Assembly: GCF_018350175.1 (NCBI RefSeq)
Contig: NC_058368.1
Span: 52,267,815 to 52,331,814 of the forward strand
Length of the DNA: 64,000 nt
From: Felis catus
Lineage: Eukaryota
Direction: 5' to 3'
Part shown: positions 49,702 to 62,893 of the stretch, in pieces
Layout: every line of letters begins with the position of its first letter
Position numbering within the stretch: the first letter of the stretch is position 1
Made by a program: the position numbers and the translations under genes
The notes under the pieces: generated by a model
The model's input: only the letters and a program-made list of their open reading frames with translations
Database searches by the model: none
Told to the model about the DNA's origin: nothing

Positions 49702-49913
49702 AGGGCACCTGGGTGACTCAGTCGGTTAAGCATCCAACATCGGCTCAGGTCACGATCTCACGGTTCTTGGGTTCGAGCCCCGCATTTGGCTTTGTGCTAA
49801 CAGCTCAGAGCCTGAAGCCTGCTTCCTATTCAGTGTCTCCTTCTCTCTATGCCCCTCCCCCACTCGCACGCTGCCTCTCTCTCTCTCAAAACTAAACAAA
49901 CGTTAAAAAAAAA
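49702..49913 (+). mobile_element. Felid Can-SINE
   Basis: AGGGCACCTGGGTGACTCAGTCGGTTAAG head, CT tract, A tail. Confidence 0.95.
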
Positions 49914-50384
49914 CTTTTATAACCTCAAATAGCTTTTCAAGGGCTGATAGCCTAGTTATGAAGATAAGACAAAAGTGGGAGATGCTTACAAGATCGTACA
50001 AGGCATTTTTACTGCTGACCAGTACAGTGCAGAACATGGATGATAGGATTTTAGAGGCAAGTAGGTAGTGTTGGTTTGATAGGATGAGTTTTTAGGTAGG
50101 AGGCAGCACTTAAAGGAGGATCTGAAGGATGAGTAACAAGCAGACAGATGAAGAGCAAGGCTGAGGACAATCAAGGTGGTGGAAAGAAATGTACAAGCAG
50201 GGAGGCAGAAATAAAACACGTAAATAAAACAGACCCTAACATGTATTCTATGATGCATGTCTCTTACTGATGTTGGCGAGTCTGTGTTATATTCCAGATT
50301 TCTGAAGGTAGTAATTTTTACAGACAAGTGCACCAAACATAAACCAGAGCTAAGAAGGTATGATAGCTCTCTATTCTGCATGAT

Positions 50385-50800
50385 AAATCACCTCCCAGCA
50401 CACTTAAGCTGCTTTATAAACTTGTAGCTTAAAATGCCAATTATCATCTCCCCATTTGGGTGGCACCCAGGAGCAGCTCAAAGAATGGATGGTTTGGGCT
50501 CAGGGTTCTCAGGAGGTTGTTATTGGCTGGGGCTGTAGTCATTCTGAGGTTCAACTGAAGGAGAATCTGCTTCTGCTGTCACCTGTTGGCAAAATTTGAA
50601 AGGTCCTCAACTCACTTATATGGGCCTCTCCCTGGGACTGCCTCCAGAAAGGCAGCTGCCTTCTCCCCTTGAGCTAGTGAATCAAGACAGAAAGAGAGCA
50701 CTTAAGACAAAGCTAGTTTTTTACATATATCCTAATCTCAGAAGCAAAAATCTAGGAGGCAGGGATAATATCAGGCTGTCTTGGAGGCTGCCCACCGACA
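50385..50800 (-). mobile_element. MLT1 LTR
   Basis: 'GGCTGGGGCTGTAGTCAT...GGAGAATCTGCTTC...GGGCCTCTCC...TCTTGGAGGCTGCCCACC'. Confidence 0.8.
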
Positions 50801-50986
50801 GAATGCAAGGTTGATTTTAGGTGGGTGAGAGAAGAAATTTACTCTCTTACTGGGTTTCATGTTCTTGGAGATAGAAGTATGATAGTCTTGAGGCTTTTTA
50901 GAATTCTTTCTCATTTTCAAAGATGACCTATAGCACAATGAGGAAGTTGGGAATTAGGAAGGAATAAAATTTAAGATAATATAGCT

Positions 50987-51188
50987 GGGGCACCTGGGTG
51001 GCTCAGTCAGTTGAGCATCTGACTCTTGATTTTGGCTCAGGTCATGATCTCACAATTCATGGGTTCGAGCCCTGCATTGGTCTCTGTGCTCACCTTCTTG
51101 GGATTCCCTCTCTCCCTCTCTCTCTGCCTCTCCCCTACTTACACTCTTTTTTTTCTCTCTCTCTCACAATAAATAAATAACTTTTTAA
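50987..51188 (+). mobile_element. Can-SINE (older of tandem pair)
   Basis: Flanked by AAGATAATATAGCT. Confidence 0.95.
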
Positions 51189-51202
51189 AAGATAATATAG
51201 CT

Positions 51203-51420
51203 GGGGCGCCTGGGTGGCTCAGTCGGTTAAGCGGCCGACTTCTGCTCAGGTCATGATCTCGCAGTTCGTGAGTTCGAGACCCGCGTCAGGCTCTGTGCTG
51301 ACAGCTCAGAGCCTGGAGCCTGTTTCAGATTCTGTGTCTCCCTCTCTCTGCCCCTCCCCCGTTCATGCTCTGTCTCTCTCTGTCTCAAAAATAAATAAAC
51401 GTTAAAAAAAATTAAAAAAA
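51203..51420 (+). mobile_element. Young felid Can-SINE (second of tandem pair)
   Basis: CpG-intact; same 14-bp TSD. Confidence 0.97.
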
Positions 51421-51748
51421 AAGATAATATAGCTTATGAAATATAATTTATTCTTTTTCTTTCATGTTATTTTATTTATTTTCTTATTGTTTAGTCCAAG
51501 GATATATGGAAAGATGCTATTTGATCATTTTTCCTGAGGCAATGGTGGGCACTGTTAATCAATCATGGTACTCTTTCTGAGTCCTAATGTGACCTCAAAG
51601 TCTTTCCTAGTACAGTGTCCCAGATGTTTACAATCAACTGATTAGAAAGGAAATGAAACTTTCCATCCCAGTCTTAGCATTTAGAGGAGAAATTCTTCAG
51701 GGTTCATGAATATATGGACACTTGATTTATTTAAAAAAATGTTTTTCT

Positions 51749-51917
51749 GGGGCTCCTGGGTGGCTCAGTTGGTTAAGCATCTGACTTTGGATTCCAGCTC
51801 AGGTGATGATCTCATGGTTGTGAGATCAAGCCCCACATCAGGATCCACACTCGGTGAAGTCTGCTTAAGACTCTCTCTTTCCCTCTCTCTCTTCCCCTCC
51901 CCCATCCATGTTCTCTT

Positions 51918-51949
<32 letters not shown>

Positions 51950-51960
51950 AATAAAATAAA
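51749..51960 (+). mobile_element. Can-SINE
   Basis: GGGGCTCCTGGGTGGCTCAG head, (CT)n tract. Confidence 0.94.
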
Positions 51961-51966
51961 TTTCTT

Positions 51967-52203
51967 GGGCACCTAGGTGGCTCAGTCGGTTAAGTGTCCA
52001 ACTCTTGCTTTTGGCATAGGTCATGATCTCACAGTTGTGAAGTCATAATAACACAATTGTGAGATCAAGTCCCACATCAGGATCTGCAATGACAGCTAGC
52101 AAGGAGCCTGCTTAGGATTCTCTGTCTTCCTCTTTCTCTGCCCCACCCCCACTTGTGTTTTCTCTCTCTCTCTCTCTCAAAAATAAATACACTTTTTTTT
52201 AAA
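51967..52203 (+). mobile_element. Can-SINE with an internal ~22-bp duplication
   Basis: GTCATGATCTCACAGTTGTGA followed by GTCATAATAACACAATTGTGA. Confidence 0.93.
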
Positions 52204-52249
52204 GTTTTCTTTACAGAATAGTGAGGAAAGGTGGACTTTTTAAGTGTTG

Positions 52250-53212
52250 AGTCAGTTGGATATCCATGTAGAAAAAAATAAAATTTGGCCTTTATCGCAT
52301 ACCATACAGAATCCTAGGTAGATGATAGATCTAAATGTGACAGACAAATTCATAAAGAAAAATATTTATAAAATAGACTATATTAAATTTATCAGCTTCT
52401 ATTTATCATGAAAAGGCAAGCCATGTGGCTAAAATATACAAATAATGTATCCATATATGTTATTGTAATGGATAATTTCATAAATTATCATTATTGTATA
52501 AATGATAAGGACTTTATATCCCAAATATATAAAGAATATTTACAGATCAATAGGAAAAAGGAAGAGAACCCAGTAGAGATAAGGGCAAGAAACTTGAACA
52601 GTAATCTCACAAAGGCAATTATCTCAGTGGACAGTAAACCCATTAAAGATAATTCTATATCTACACACCCACTAGAATAGCTAAAATGAAAACAACTCAC
52701 AATTTCTAGTGTTGGTAATGATGTGGATGAAGTCAGTTGTCCATATATGAATGTTGGTACAATCATTTTGAAAAAATGGATATGTATATATAATTATATA
52801 GCCACATCCCCCTATGACCCAGGAATTTCATTCCTACACGTGTACAGTAGATTAGAAAAATGGTGGCAAGTGTATAAAATATTACGCAACAATGAAAGTG
52901 GAGGGAGAACAATCTATAGTTACATGCAACCAGTTGAATTAATCTCACAAACATAAAGCTGAGCTGGAGAAGTCAGACACTAAAGGGTATATATATATTG
53001 CATAATTCCATTTATACAAATTTACATATGCAAAAGTAATCTATGGTTCTCAGGATCAGATAGTGATTAATTTTGGAGAAGAAAGAGGAAACAGATGTTG
53101 GTGCCGGAAGTATGAGGGGCCCTAGCAGGGATTTCAAGGTATTGGTAATCTGTTTCTTGACCTGATTGGTACTCACTAGGGTGACTCTGACTTTTGCACT
53201 TTTCTCTATATG
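52250..53212 (+). mobile_element. Ancient L1ME/L1MC-type 3' region
   Basis: 'ATAGATCTAAATGTGA', 'CCAAATATATAAAGAA', 'ACACCCACTAGAATAGCTAAAATGAAAA', 'TATGACCCAGGAATTTCATTCCTA', 'TGTTTCTTGACCTG'. Confidence 0.85.
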
Positions 53213-55049
53213 CTCACTCCACCAAGAAAGGTAAACGTGGATTTGGTTTTATCTCAGTTGAATCAGAGGACATTAAGGGAAAAAATTTCTATGCCAGTTT
53301 AGAAAATAAGTCTACACTCCATCAACCATGCGGTCAGTATGACCACGAGTTGCAGAGCATTAAGGAAACTAAGAGAAGAGAACTTGCAGAATTTAAGAAT
53401 AAAATTTCCTTGAAGCAAATACATGAAATACGTTCTGAGCCACAACCATCTCCTGGTAGCTAATTTGATTCAAGTGAGAAATATTTTTATAATGTGTCCC
53501 AATTGGAATTTTGATAAAATTTTCAATTTAGTTAGATTCGAGTTATGTTTTGTACAGGTTAATATTTATCCTTTCTAACTTCTTGATGTACGAGTTTGCC
53601 CACCTCATAAAGTTTGGTCCAGATTTGAGAATGGGCAGGAATGACAATTCAGACAGGATTTGGCTAACATTTGTTATTATTTAATTAGCAAACAAGCAGT
53701 GCCAAGGGCATATTCATGACCAAGGATACATGAAGGTGTGAGGGGACTCAGGTCCCCAAGGTATCCTTTGTTGCTCTTGAAGGTGGGTCTGAAGTCAGTG
53801 GTCATAGCAGCCACATGGAAGAAGGCATCAGTAGGTTCAGAGAATTATGTATGGGTTCACTGTCTTTTTACATCATCTTAAACTGGGAAGTGAAGGGAGA
53901 GGGAAATGTAAGCTTTCATGGGTTCATATTTTACCATAAACAAAGTATCTCGCCACAGCCATCATTGTATAATCTAGTTCCATAGCCAGAAGGTGGGAGG
54001 GGCATGCTTATCACTTACTGTGTCATTAAGCCTGCTCCAAATTTCAGTGCAGTATCCCTGGCTGTTGATGTAATTTCTACATTCATCTGTTCCTTTATTC
54101 CTGAAATGTATTTGTAAATCCCAAGAACAGATTAGGTACTATAATAACTCCAGAAATTCAAAGTTGAGTGGCCCTTAGTTCCTTCTAGAAATCTTGAAAC
54201 CATATTGTCATATTCCAAAATATTTATGAAAAGAATCCTAAAATGTCAAGTGAGTATTCATCTCTTAGCTAATTTTACTCGTTTTTTTAATTTTTTTCTT
54301 CAAATATATAAGAAAAGTAAACTGAAAAATATATAGATGTTATAAACGTGTTAAATTGTTTCCAGCAAAGATCTGAGGAATTTTTAGAAACGATGTGATC
54401 TCTATTGCATAAGTAATTTTCTAACTTCTTTCTTGGGTACAAGGACAAATGTCCTAACAACATTAACAGCATTTGATTTAAAAATAGTACCCTTTTATTC
54501 CCTCTTATTCTCTAACAGAACAATCTGTTAGAGTTACTTTTTCCATCTCAATTAATCCTAAAGCTACTAAGTGAACTTAATTGTATGCATGAAAAAAAGG
54601 AGCATTTAAATACTAAAACTAAGAATCTGCAAATAGAAAGAGGAATAGGAGACAATCTTCCCTTATGCCTCTGGAGACTTTTGACCCCAAATAAACAGGA
54701 GACTCAAACAAGGAAGTCGTACAGCCTTGACATTTATATCTATGCTAAAACAGCATGCATCTGGATAAAATCAATTTTAAATTACAGTTTTCATTGCAAT
54801 TAACAAGATTTTCCCCCATGAGTTTAATAATTTTTTCATAGAGAAGTGTATATTTTAAAATCTCTTGAAGCAAAGTCCCTAGATATTAGTCGCAGTCAAA
54901 ACTAATAGTGAAACAAGCATTTCTTTTGTTGCTTCACCCGGGCAGTGAGTCAGTCTCTCACTATATGAGAATCAAGCTTCAGGATCCTGAGATCTTAGTA
55001 TAGAAATAGGCATTCTCTTTTCCATTTTAAGATCTGGGTAGGCCTGAAT

Positions 55050-55320
55050 TCTATTTAACCAACATTTTGTTGAGTACGTACTATGTGCCAGGCACTCTGC
55101 TAGATGCTAACAATTAAAAGAAGAAGTTTCTAAATTCATAGAGAAGCCAGTTAGGAAATTAATGTAACAGTCAAGGTGAGAAATGATGGAATCTGAACCA
55201 CGGCAGTCACGTGGAGGGGCAATTTTGAAGAGAAAATGAGGGTGAGGAATTTTGAGACATATGTTTGAAGTAAAAGTGACAGAGTTTGATCAACTTGCCT
55301 ATTTAGAAGAAAAAATAAGA
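55050..55320 (-). mobile_element. L2 fragments
   Basis: 'TTGAGTACGTACTATGTGCCAGGCACTCTGCTAGATGCT' and 'GTCAAGGTGAGAAATGATGG'. Confidence 0.75.
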
Positions 55321-58076
55321 GGATAGGGGTAAAACTCTCTTGGCAAAATCCGGAATGCCTCATCCCTCCGATAGACGTTTCTTTAGTTTCTCCCAAATTT
55401 ACTTTGGGGGCATCTATTGTGTGGCTCAAAAAATTATGTCTGTAGTGAGAAAGACAGTAGCACGTTATTCCTGCATTACTTAGGGAATAGTAAAGTAGTT
55501 GATAAAAATCTTTTAAAGGCTATATCACGTGGCATGATAAAAAGGTGGATATTATCATAGACAGGAAATCAGAAAACCTAAGCTCTAGCTAAACATTTTA
55601 AGCAGGTGGGCTATGTTTTACAATATTGACTCAAAGTATGAATTCCTGTAGGTGGCCACCATACATGTGTGATCTTACACCCAGGTCACTCACACACTTG
55701 CCTCCATGGCCCCTGAGCCATTTGAATCTCATTTCCCTCCACATGGTTCCAAATTCTGCCATTGACTACCTGCGTGTCCCCACACAAGCAATAAGGTATT
55801 GCCTTTCAGTTTCTTCATCTGAAAATGAAGGGATTGGTGATCTTCCTAGAGTATTCCATTTCTAGCACAGGACTGATGGCATGCACATTGTAGCAGTTCA
55901 TTTAGTCTATACTTTATGAAAATCAGATTTCAGAATGAGCTTCAGGATGTAAGTATAATCTTATTATTGTAGCCACAATTTGAAATGCATCACATGCTCT
56001 CATGAACAGTGCCTTTGAACTTGAAATCTAAAGGCTGGGATTGTTTTCTCCACACCAATTGTTTAACATTGTCACAGTTCGCCGTTTAACCACGCTATAC
56101 CACAATGTCTTAACCTATGAAATAGTAGGAAAAAGATCTGTGTCTTTCAAAACTTTAAGGAATTTTAAGAAATTAGACCAGGATACCAAAGGATATGGGA
56201 TTATTCAAGGGAAAAATAACTCAATATGATAAAAAGGGCAAATATTTGTTCTAAACAGCAAATTTATTTTATTTAATTTATTATTTTTCTGAATGCCCGT
56301 CTGGGCCATTAGAATTCTCTTCACTGTGTTCTTGTTGTGTCCCTCATGTCAACTATGACAATCGAGCCAGTATAATAAAAACGTTTGCCATCTGTCCTGC
56401 CACTCTGGAAAAGTTGCCAATTTGTACTGTAAATCAGAAGAGCTTATAAGAGAAATCCTCTTCTGTGAGAGAACAAATGTAATGGAGGGACATTTTCTTT
56501 GGCTTATTTGAGATATGCTAATCTTCTAATATCTCTGGTACCAATGAAAAAAGTGATGTATCTGGGGGGCTAGCATCATTTTACAAAGATGGCAGTGATG
56601 AGTCATTTGCCATGTTACTATAAAATACCTTAGCAATGCTAGTGTGAATTACTGCTCAGTTAACATTGTTTACCACCTAATTATTGAGAAGCACTTCCAT
56701 CCATCACTGACATCTGAGTAAATGACTCAAGACACTATTGTATTTGCAACTAGAACAACAAGGTCATCGCAAGTTTAATTAGCCACTATCCATTACAAAA
56801 CAGCAAATAGCCTATGATGACAAGTAAAATTCCAATTTCTGAATATGCCTCATAAAATGGTGGAGGAATTGGCTTACATATCAGTGATTCTAATAACAAA
56901 TAAATGTAATATCATTTAAGAAACTTTCTTTTTCATTATGATCTGTAATGAGGGGTGAGAGGAATGAAACACACATTACTTGTAAGTCAATGTACATTGC
57001 TTCTGAATTTTGAAATGAACAATCATCTTTCAACATTTAGTACAGTAAATAGATACACTTTCAGCATGTGGCATGTAAAAATGAGTTTGAAAATTCTTCT
57101 TGGAACTTGTACGTGGATAAATAACATGCTGGAAATTATACAACATTTGGGCTAAAATACAATTTCCCAGGTCTCCAGGAATCGTTCTGGTGCACAGAAT
57201 CTTGTTCCTGCATATTTTCTTGAAAGGGCTTAAAAGTGTGTGCATCCTACCTGGTATATTAAGGGCAGAAGGCTTTGAAGATATGGATGGGGAGTGGTTT
57301 GCATGAAGGACAAAGTGTAGACCTCTGTCAAGGTCAGGGCCCTGATGATTAGCTTGATTTGATCAAAACCATCATTTTGAGAGGACGTGTATTTAGGACC
57401 TTAAATAATAGCTTTCCAAATGGATGAGTTATTTCTAACTGTTTTCTCTTTGCGTTCTTTGAAATTTCAATGGTTTTCTTCAAATTCTGTAACCTTGATG
57501 AATGGAACGAGTATTGTTTCATAAAGCACATTAATATTTAATATTTTCTTTTATTTCAAATGTTACTTAAAACACTTTATTACTTAAATCCTTTTTTATC
57601 ACATAAACACTACCTAGTTATAAAATCATAAAATTTTAAAACATGAATGCCAAAATGACTCTCTAAAAATGTGTCACTTAATGAGACATAGAGCGTAGCC
57701 ATAATCAAACTCCTGATTTATGAGATAGATAGTTTTTATTCAATAGACAGTGAAATATGCATTTCAAATAATTTACAGAAAACTCAATATGTTATTGGTT
57801 TCTTCACCAAGTCATTGCCAGGTCAGAAGACCCTGTTGAAAAGGAGAAATGAGATGTAGTTTTTGTCTCATCTATGAAACTGGGACAGAAGTGAGAATAC
57901 TGTGAAAAGGGTCTGAAAAAGGAAGCAGTTGGTCATTGTCATAATACACACGCATCCAAATGCTATTAAATTATGGATTTCCCTTTGCTTTTTTAGAGGC
58001 ACTTTGTCATTTCTACTAAGTTGCTCTTTTAACACCAAACAGGACAAAGCAGTCAACAATTCTGATGGTCACTTAC

Positions 58077-58187
58077 GAGGTTATACTCTTTTTTGGGGGG
58101 AGAGGTCAAGCGACTGAGTACATCTTCCACCGTGTTCCTCATTGTTATCCGAGAGAACTCCTAAATGTGACGATTTGTCTTTGTTTT
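58077..58187 (-). other. Candidate 111-nt non-coding exon
   Basis: Acceptor TGTTTCCTTTCTCTTTGACACAG| and donor |GTAAGTG; stops in all three frames. Confidence 0.33.
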
Positions 58188-58282
58188 CTGTGTCAAAGAG
58201 AAAGGAAACATTATTGGTGATGAATATAGCTTTATATTGAACAATGTTATAGCTCATATATTTAAGCATGTTTCACAATGTC

Positions 58283-58485
58283 TTTAAAATTTTTTTAATG
58301 TTTATTTATTTTGAGACAGAGAAAGAGATGGAGAAGGGGCAGAGAGAGAGGGAGAGAGAATCCCAAGCAGACTGCACTGTCAGCACAGAGCCTGATGCTG
58401 GGCTCGATCTCATGAACCATGAAATCGTGACCTGAACTGAAATAAAAAGTCAAACGCTCAACCCACTGAGCCACCCAGGCACCCC
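58283..58485 (-). mobile_element. Can-SINE
   Basis: Ends ...CCACCCAGGCACCCC. Confidence 0.95.
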
Positions 58486-59759
58486 ACAGTGTATGTTTTA
58501 CTGAAATGATTTGCAATCATTTCCCATCTACCATTTAAAAATAAACATTGAATAGTTAACACATGCCAGGCTAATTATTTTCACAACCGTTATGAGTGGC
58601 AGCTAGGGTACGGAGAGAAGAGCAGGTATATTATAGGAGGCAACTCACTTATCTCTGCAAACAGAAGACTTGCTACTTTTCTGATTCTCAAACTTCTGTG
58701 TGCACTAGAACCACTGTAGGCATGGATTGCAATGCAAAGTCTTAGTTTCCTTTCTAGGCATCAAACTCCCTGTGTCTGGGGAAGGGTCCAAAGACAGGGC
58801 TTACAAAGAAGTACTCCGGGCCAGTCTTAGAGAAATTTGTATCTGAATGAATCCAAACTGACTAAAGTAAGAGTAAGGGACAATTCAGTTTCTATGAGAA
58901 TCTGCTTAGAAAAATAATGCATCAAAACTTCTTTGTAAATTTATAATCATTTTTAAGATTAAATGATAATAATATCATTAGTCTTATTTATTGCCCCAAT
59001 CTGGTTGTGTTATGAAAATTAGTTTTATGATCTAGACACATGTCAGAAGATTATCACCGTTACATACTTCAAGTCTTGCCACGTATGGAAGACTGTATGG
59101 AATCCAAGAGATTTTTAATAAGCTTATGATTTTAGTATAGATATTTGTATGCAGTATAATGTTCTCCCTCATAATACAGTTTTGGGTTCTAATAAAAAAC
59201 CTGGTGCATCAATGTAATACTGCTTAGTGGCTCCGAAATATTTTACAGGTTCTCATTTCTTACTTTATTTCAAACGATAAATATATGCTCTTAAATTTTC
59301 CTGGGTGGATGGAGAACCGATGTCATATAGCCATGCAGACACAATCTTTGCTCTTTCTTCTTAGTTTGCAAGAGAAATGAAGTAACATTGTAAAGGAGAA
59401 AAATCTTCTTCTGCTTTCTGTTTCTTTCCCACCAATTGAAATGCCATTTTCTCGCAGGTGCACCACTCTAAATTACTGTCACTATTTCCATCAAATTAGA
59501 AAAGTAAATATCATAACGGCTCTAGTAAAATTACTAATTCTCATTGACATCATTGTCCTTTGGTTAATATGCCAAGTTGCTCAAAATCTTGAACAATTCT
59601 ATCCTAAGAATATATAATCAGTTGTTTTAGACCCATCTTTCCACAAATCTGGTTTGAGCCTTTCCCCTACTATGTTCCAATTCAATTAATGATTGTGATA
59701 GTATTATATTTCTGCTAGGCTATAATGCTAACACAATCGGTAATGGTGCCATCATTCTC

Positions 59760-60780
59760 CAGTTCTCCCTTACCCTTGCTTCACATTCATTCATTCAGCA
59801 ATTTTATGTTGACACTCTATCCTGCACCAGACACTCTTGTAGGGCCCAGGCACCATTCGAGTGACTGTGCTACCATTGACCTGCCTCTCAAATCCATTTT
59901 TCCCTTTGTATGTCCATTGCCACTTACAGATATCAGGTCTTTACCTTCATCACAATAACTTCCAAAAACTCTTTTTGCTGGCCTCCTCTGATCTGCCATC
60001 CCAATTTGCTCCCATCCTTTTAACCCTGTCTATCCCTAGCATCCTTCACTATTGAATATTGAATGGTGTTTATGATCATGGGCTTGGGGTTCAGTGCTTG
60101 GGTCATTGGTTAAGGGCCTGACAAATATATATTTTATTTTATAGATTTATCCATATATATTGCATTTTAGCTGTAAGTCCAAATTTTCCCCCTAACACTC
60201 CAAAGTATCCCATTTATCACATAATTTACCTAATCAGAAATCTTCAAAAGGTCTATAGTGCTCACCTGAAAGTTTAAGACTTTACATTGGATTCTGTTTC
60301 TAGTGAGCCTTCGTCTCCCACTTCTGTGTTACATCAAAAACTTCAACTCAACCCAATGACTTACTTTCTGTTTCACACAACTTCTCTGCATATAAGTGTT
60401 TGATCTCCCAGGTGTCCTGCTCTTGCAATGCTGCCCTCTCCACCTGTCTAAATCCTAACTGTCCTTTCAGTCAAATGAAAATCCTGTTCTCTATCCATCC
60501 CCATATGGAGTGACTGCTCTGTCCTCTGAACAGCAACAGTATCAAATTGTCTGTAACGTTAACATGACAAGTATTTTGTTGTCACAATTATTTCGCTTTT
60601 GTCTTGAGCTTCTCCTTAAAGATCTGTTTTGTTTGTATCATATTTTGCAGTTCATTTAGTTGTCTCTTTTCTACCTAACTAGTTGGTAAATCCATTTAGG
60701 GTAGGATCAGGTCTCTAATCCTTCTATCCCTACATCCATCCATTGTAATAAGCTGCTCAATGTATCGTGATTATTAATGC
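59760..60780 (+). mobile_element. Diverged L2 fragments
   Basis: 'CTCTCAAATCCATTTT...TACTTCCAAAAACTC...GGCCTCCTCTG' and later 'TAGGATCAGGTC...GCTCAATGTAT'; patchy. Confidence 0.5.
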
Positions 60781-60881
60781 AATAAAATAATAAAAAGTGA
60801 GACAGTCCCCAAATGTATATTCATTCATAAATTATACACTTGTACTCAACTGATTGACAACATATTGATGAGGTTCCTCCA

Positions 60882-61072
60882 TTTTTTTAATAAATGTTTA
60901 TTCATTTTTGAGAGAGAGCGAGCTAGCAGGGGAGTGGCAAAGAGAAGAGGGGGAGACAGAGGATATGAAGTGGGCTCTGTGCCGAGAGCAGTGAGCCCAA
61001 TGGTAGGCTCGAACTCATGAACTGTGAGATACTGACTTGAGCTGAAGTCATACTGAGCCACCCAGGTGCCCC
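60882..61072 (-). mobile_element. Can-SINE with a short internal deletion near the head
   Basis: GCTGAAGTCA-TACTGAGCCACCCAGGTGCCCC lacks the GACGCTTAACCG segment. Confidence 0.92.
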
Positions 61073-62149
61073 TCTTAATTATTTTTAGATGAATCTATAA
61101 ATACAAAAAAATGATTGTTCTCTTTTTATGCCTCACTATCTTGTGACCCCCTCAAGTGATGCTAGTGTTCCACGTTAGATACTAGTGACCTAGAGAAGTA
61201 CTGCTCAGAATAACAGATCTCTGAATTATTTGCTAGTAACCCAAGAAGGGTTAAGTCCCTTGGCTTGGAATTGAATCAGCACTGACATTAAGACCATTAT
61301 TTAGCTCAGCTGAAGTTGTTTCATAGGAGCATGTTCTGGATGAAAGAAGCTGTGTGTTGATTTACCTAGGAAGCCTCTTACCTCTCCGTGGACTGGTAAT
61401 TTGGAGTACCACTAAGGCAGCGCAGCAATTTGATTCAAAGTTCATTTCTTAACACTTAATTTTGTGCAAGGCAATGTACCGGGCACTATTAAAATTACCA
61501 AAAGAATCAGATTAATAGCCTTTGCACTTGGTAAATTTACAGTCCAATAAATTAGCATATGAATCAATAATATCCTGTTTAAACCAGTGTCCTCAAATAA
61601 AAAGCATATAGATTCACTTCTATCTTTGCGAATAACTTCAGGAGGATAACGCTTTGTTTCATGTTTGTTCTGCTTAACGCTTGACAGTAAATAACCTCCC
61701 AAAGCTGATATTCTCCTGATTTTGTCTATGTGACAGCTATTCATTTTGAGGATAAAAATTTAAAAATTCATCTCTCTACTTCTTCACTTCCCTTTTTATC
61801 TCCCATTTATGTCTGTCTGTACGTTGGGATTTCTCTCCTGCTTGAATGTATGCTTTGTTTCTGCTCCTGAAAAACTATTGTTCAAGGGCTTCGCTCCTGG
61901 GCCCATCCTTCTTACCACTCTACTGTTCTCCCTCAGCCACTTGTGGGGAAATTTTCACCATCTTTCTGTCTATCGGGTGCGTGCTACTAGTCCTCACCTC
62001 TACCGCGAGCTCCCCAGTAGTCAGACAGCAAATGCTTGCGGTATGTGCTCCCACTGAACTCATGGGGTTTTTCCTGATCTCATGACCTTTTACAAAAGTT
62101 TTCTTCTTCGATATTCCGTGTCTCAGTTAGTAATACCATTATTCACTTA

Positions 62150-62658
62150 GCGTAAGTGAAATAAGTCAGACAGAAAAAGACAAAAACTATAGCTAATATC
62201 ACTCATATGAAAAATTTTTTAAAAAATGAAAAACCAAAAAGGCGAAAGAACGCATGGAAGCAGAGAGGAGAGTGGTAGTTGCCACGGCTGGGGGTTGGGG
62301 GAAATGGGGAGACACTGGTCAAAGGGTACATACTCTCAGTTATAAGAGGAGTAAGTTCTGGGGACCTAATGCACAGCATAGTGATTAGAGTTAATAATAC
62401 TGCATTATACACCTGTAATTTGCTAGGAGTAGATTTGAAGTATTGTCACCACACACACACAAACACACACACACACACACACATGTGCACACACATATAC
62501 ACACATCCACAAGGTAACTATGTGAGGTGATGGATGTGCTAATTAACTTGGCCGTGGTGAAAATTTCTGAAGTTTACATGTCTCTAATCCTCACGTTGTG
62601 CACTTTAAAGATATACAAACTTATTTGTTAGTTATACCTCAATAAAGCTGGGAAAAAA
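62150..62658 (+). mobile_element. L1MA-type 3'UTR (L1MA9-like) with (CA)n, inside L2
   Basis: 'AAGTGAAATAAGTCAGACAGAAAAAGACAAA...GGTCAAAGGGTACA...GTAACTATGTGAGGTGATGGATG...ACCTCAATAAAGCTG'. Confidence 0.9.
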
Positions 62659-62765
62659 TTACGTTATCACTCATCCACTCAGATAAAATAGAAACTTCTC
62701 TCCTCTCCTTCGCCTTCCCAGCATCCAATCACAAATTACTGCAATTTTACTTATAAGTATTTCTT

Positions 62766-62893
62766 TTTTTATATATTAAATATAATTCATTGTCAGATTG
62801 GTTTCCATACAACACCCAGTGCTCATCCCAGCAGGCGCCCTCCTCAATGCCCATCACCCATTTTTCCCGTCTCCCCCCACCTCCCATCAACCC
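62766..62893 (-). mobile_element. Very short 5'-truncated young felid L1 (L1_Fc 3' end)
   Basis: 'TTGTCAGATTGGTTTCCATACAACACCCAGTGCTCATCCCA...CCTCCTCAATGCCCATCACCC'; perfect 19-bp TSD TTACTTATAAGTATTTCTT (62747-62765, 62894-62912). Confidence 0.93.

Noticed and set aside
53650..54030. Possible old LTR-like segment
   Set aside because: Could not define termini or a family with confidence.
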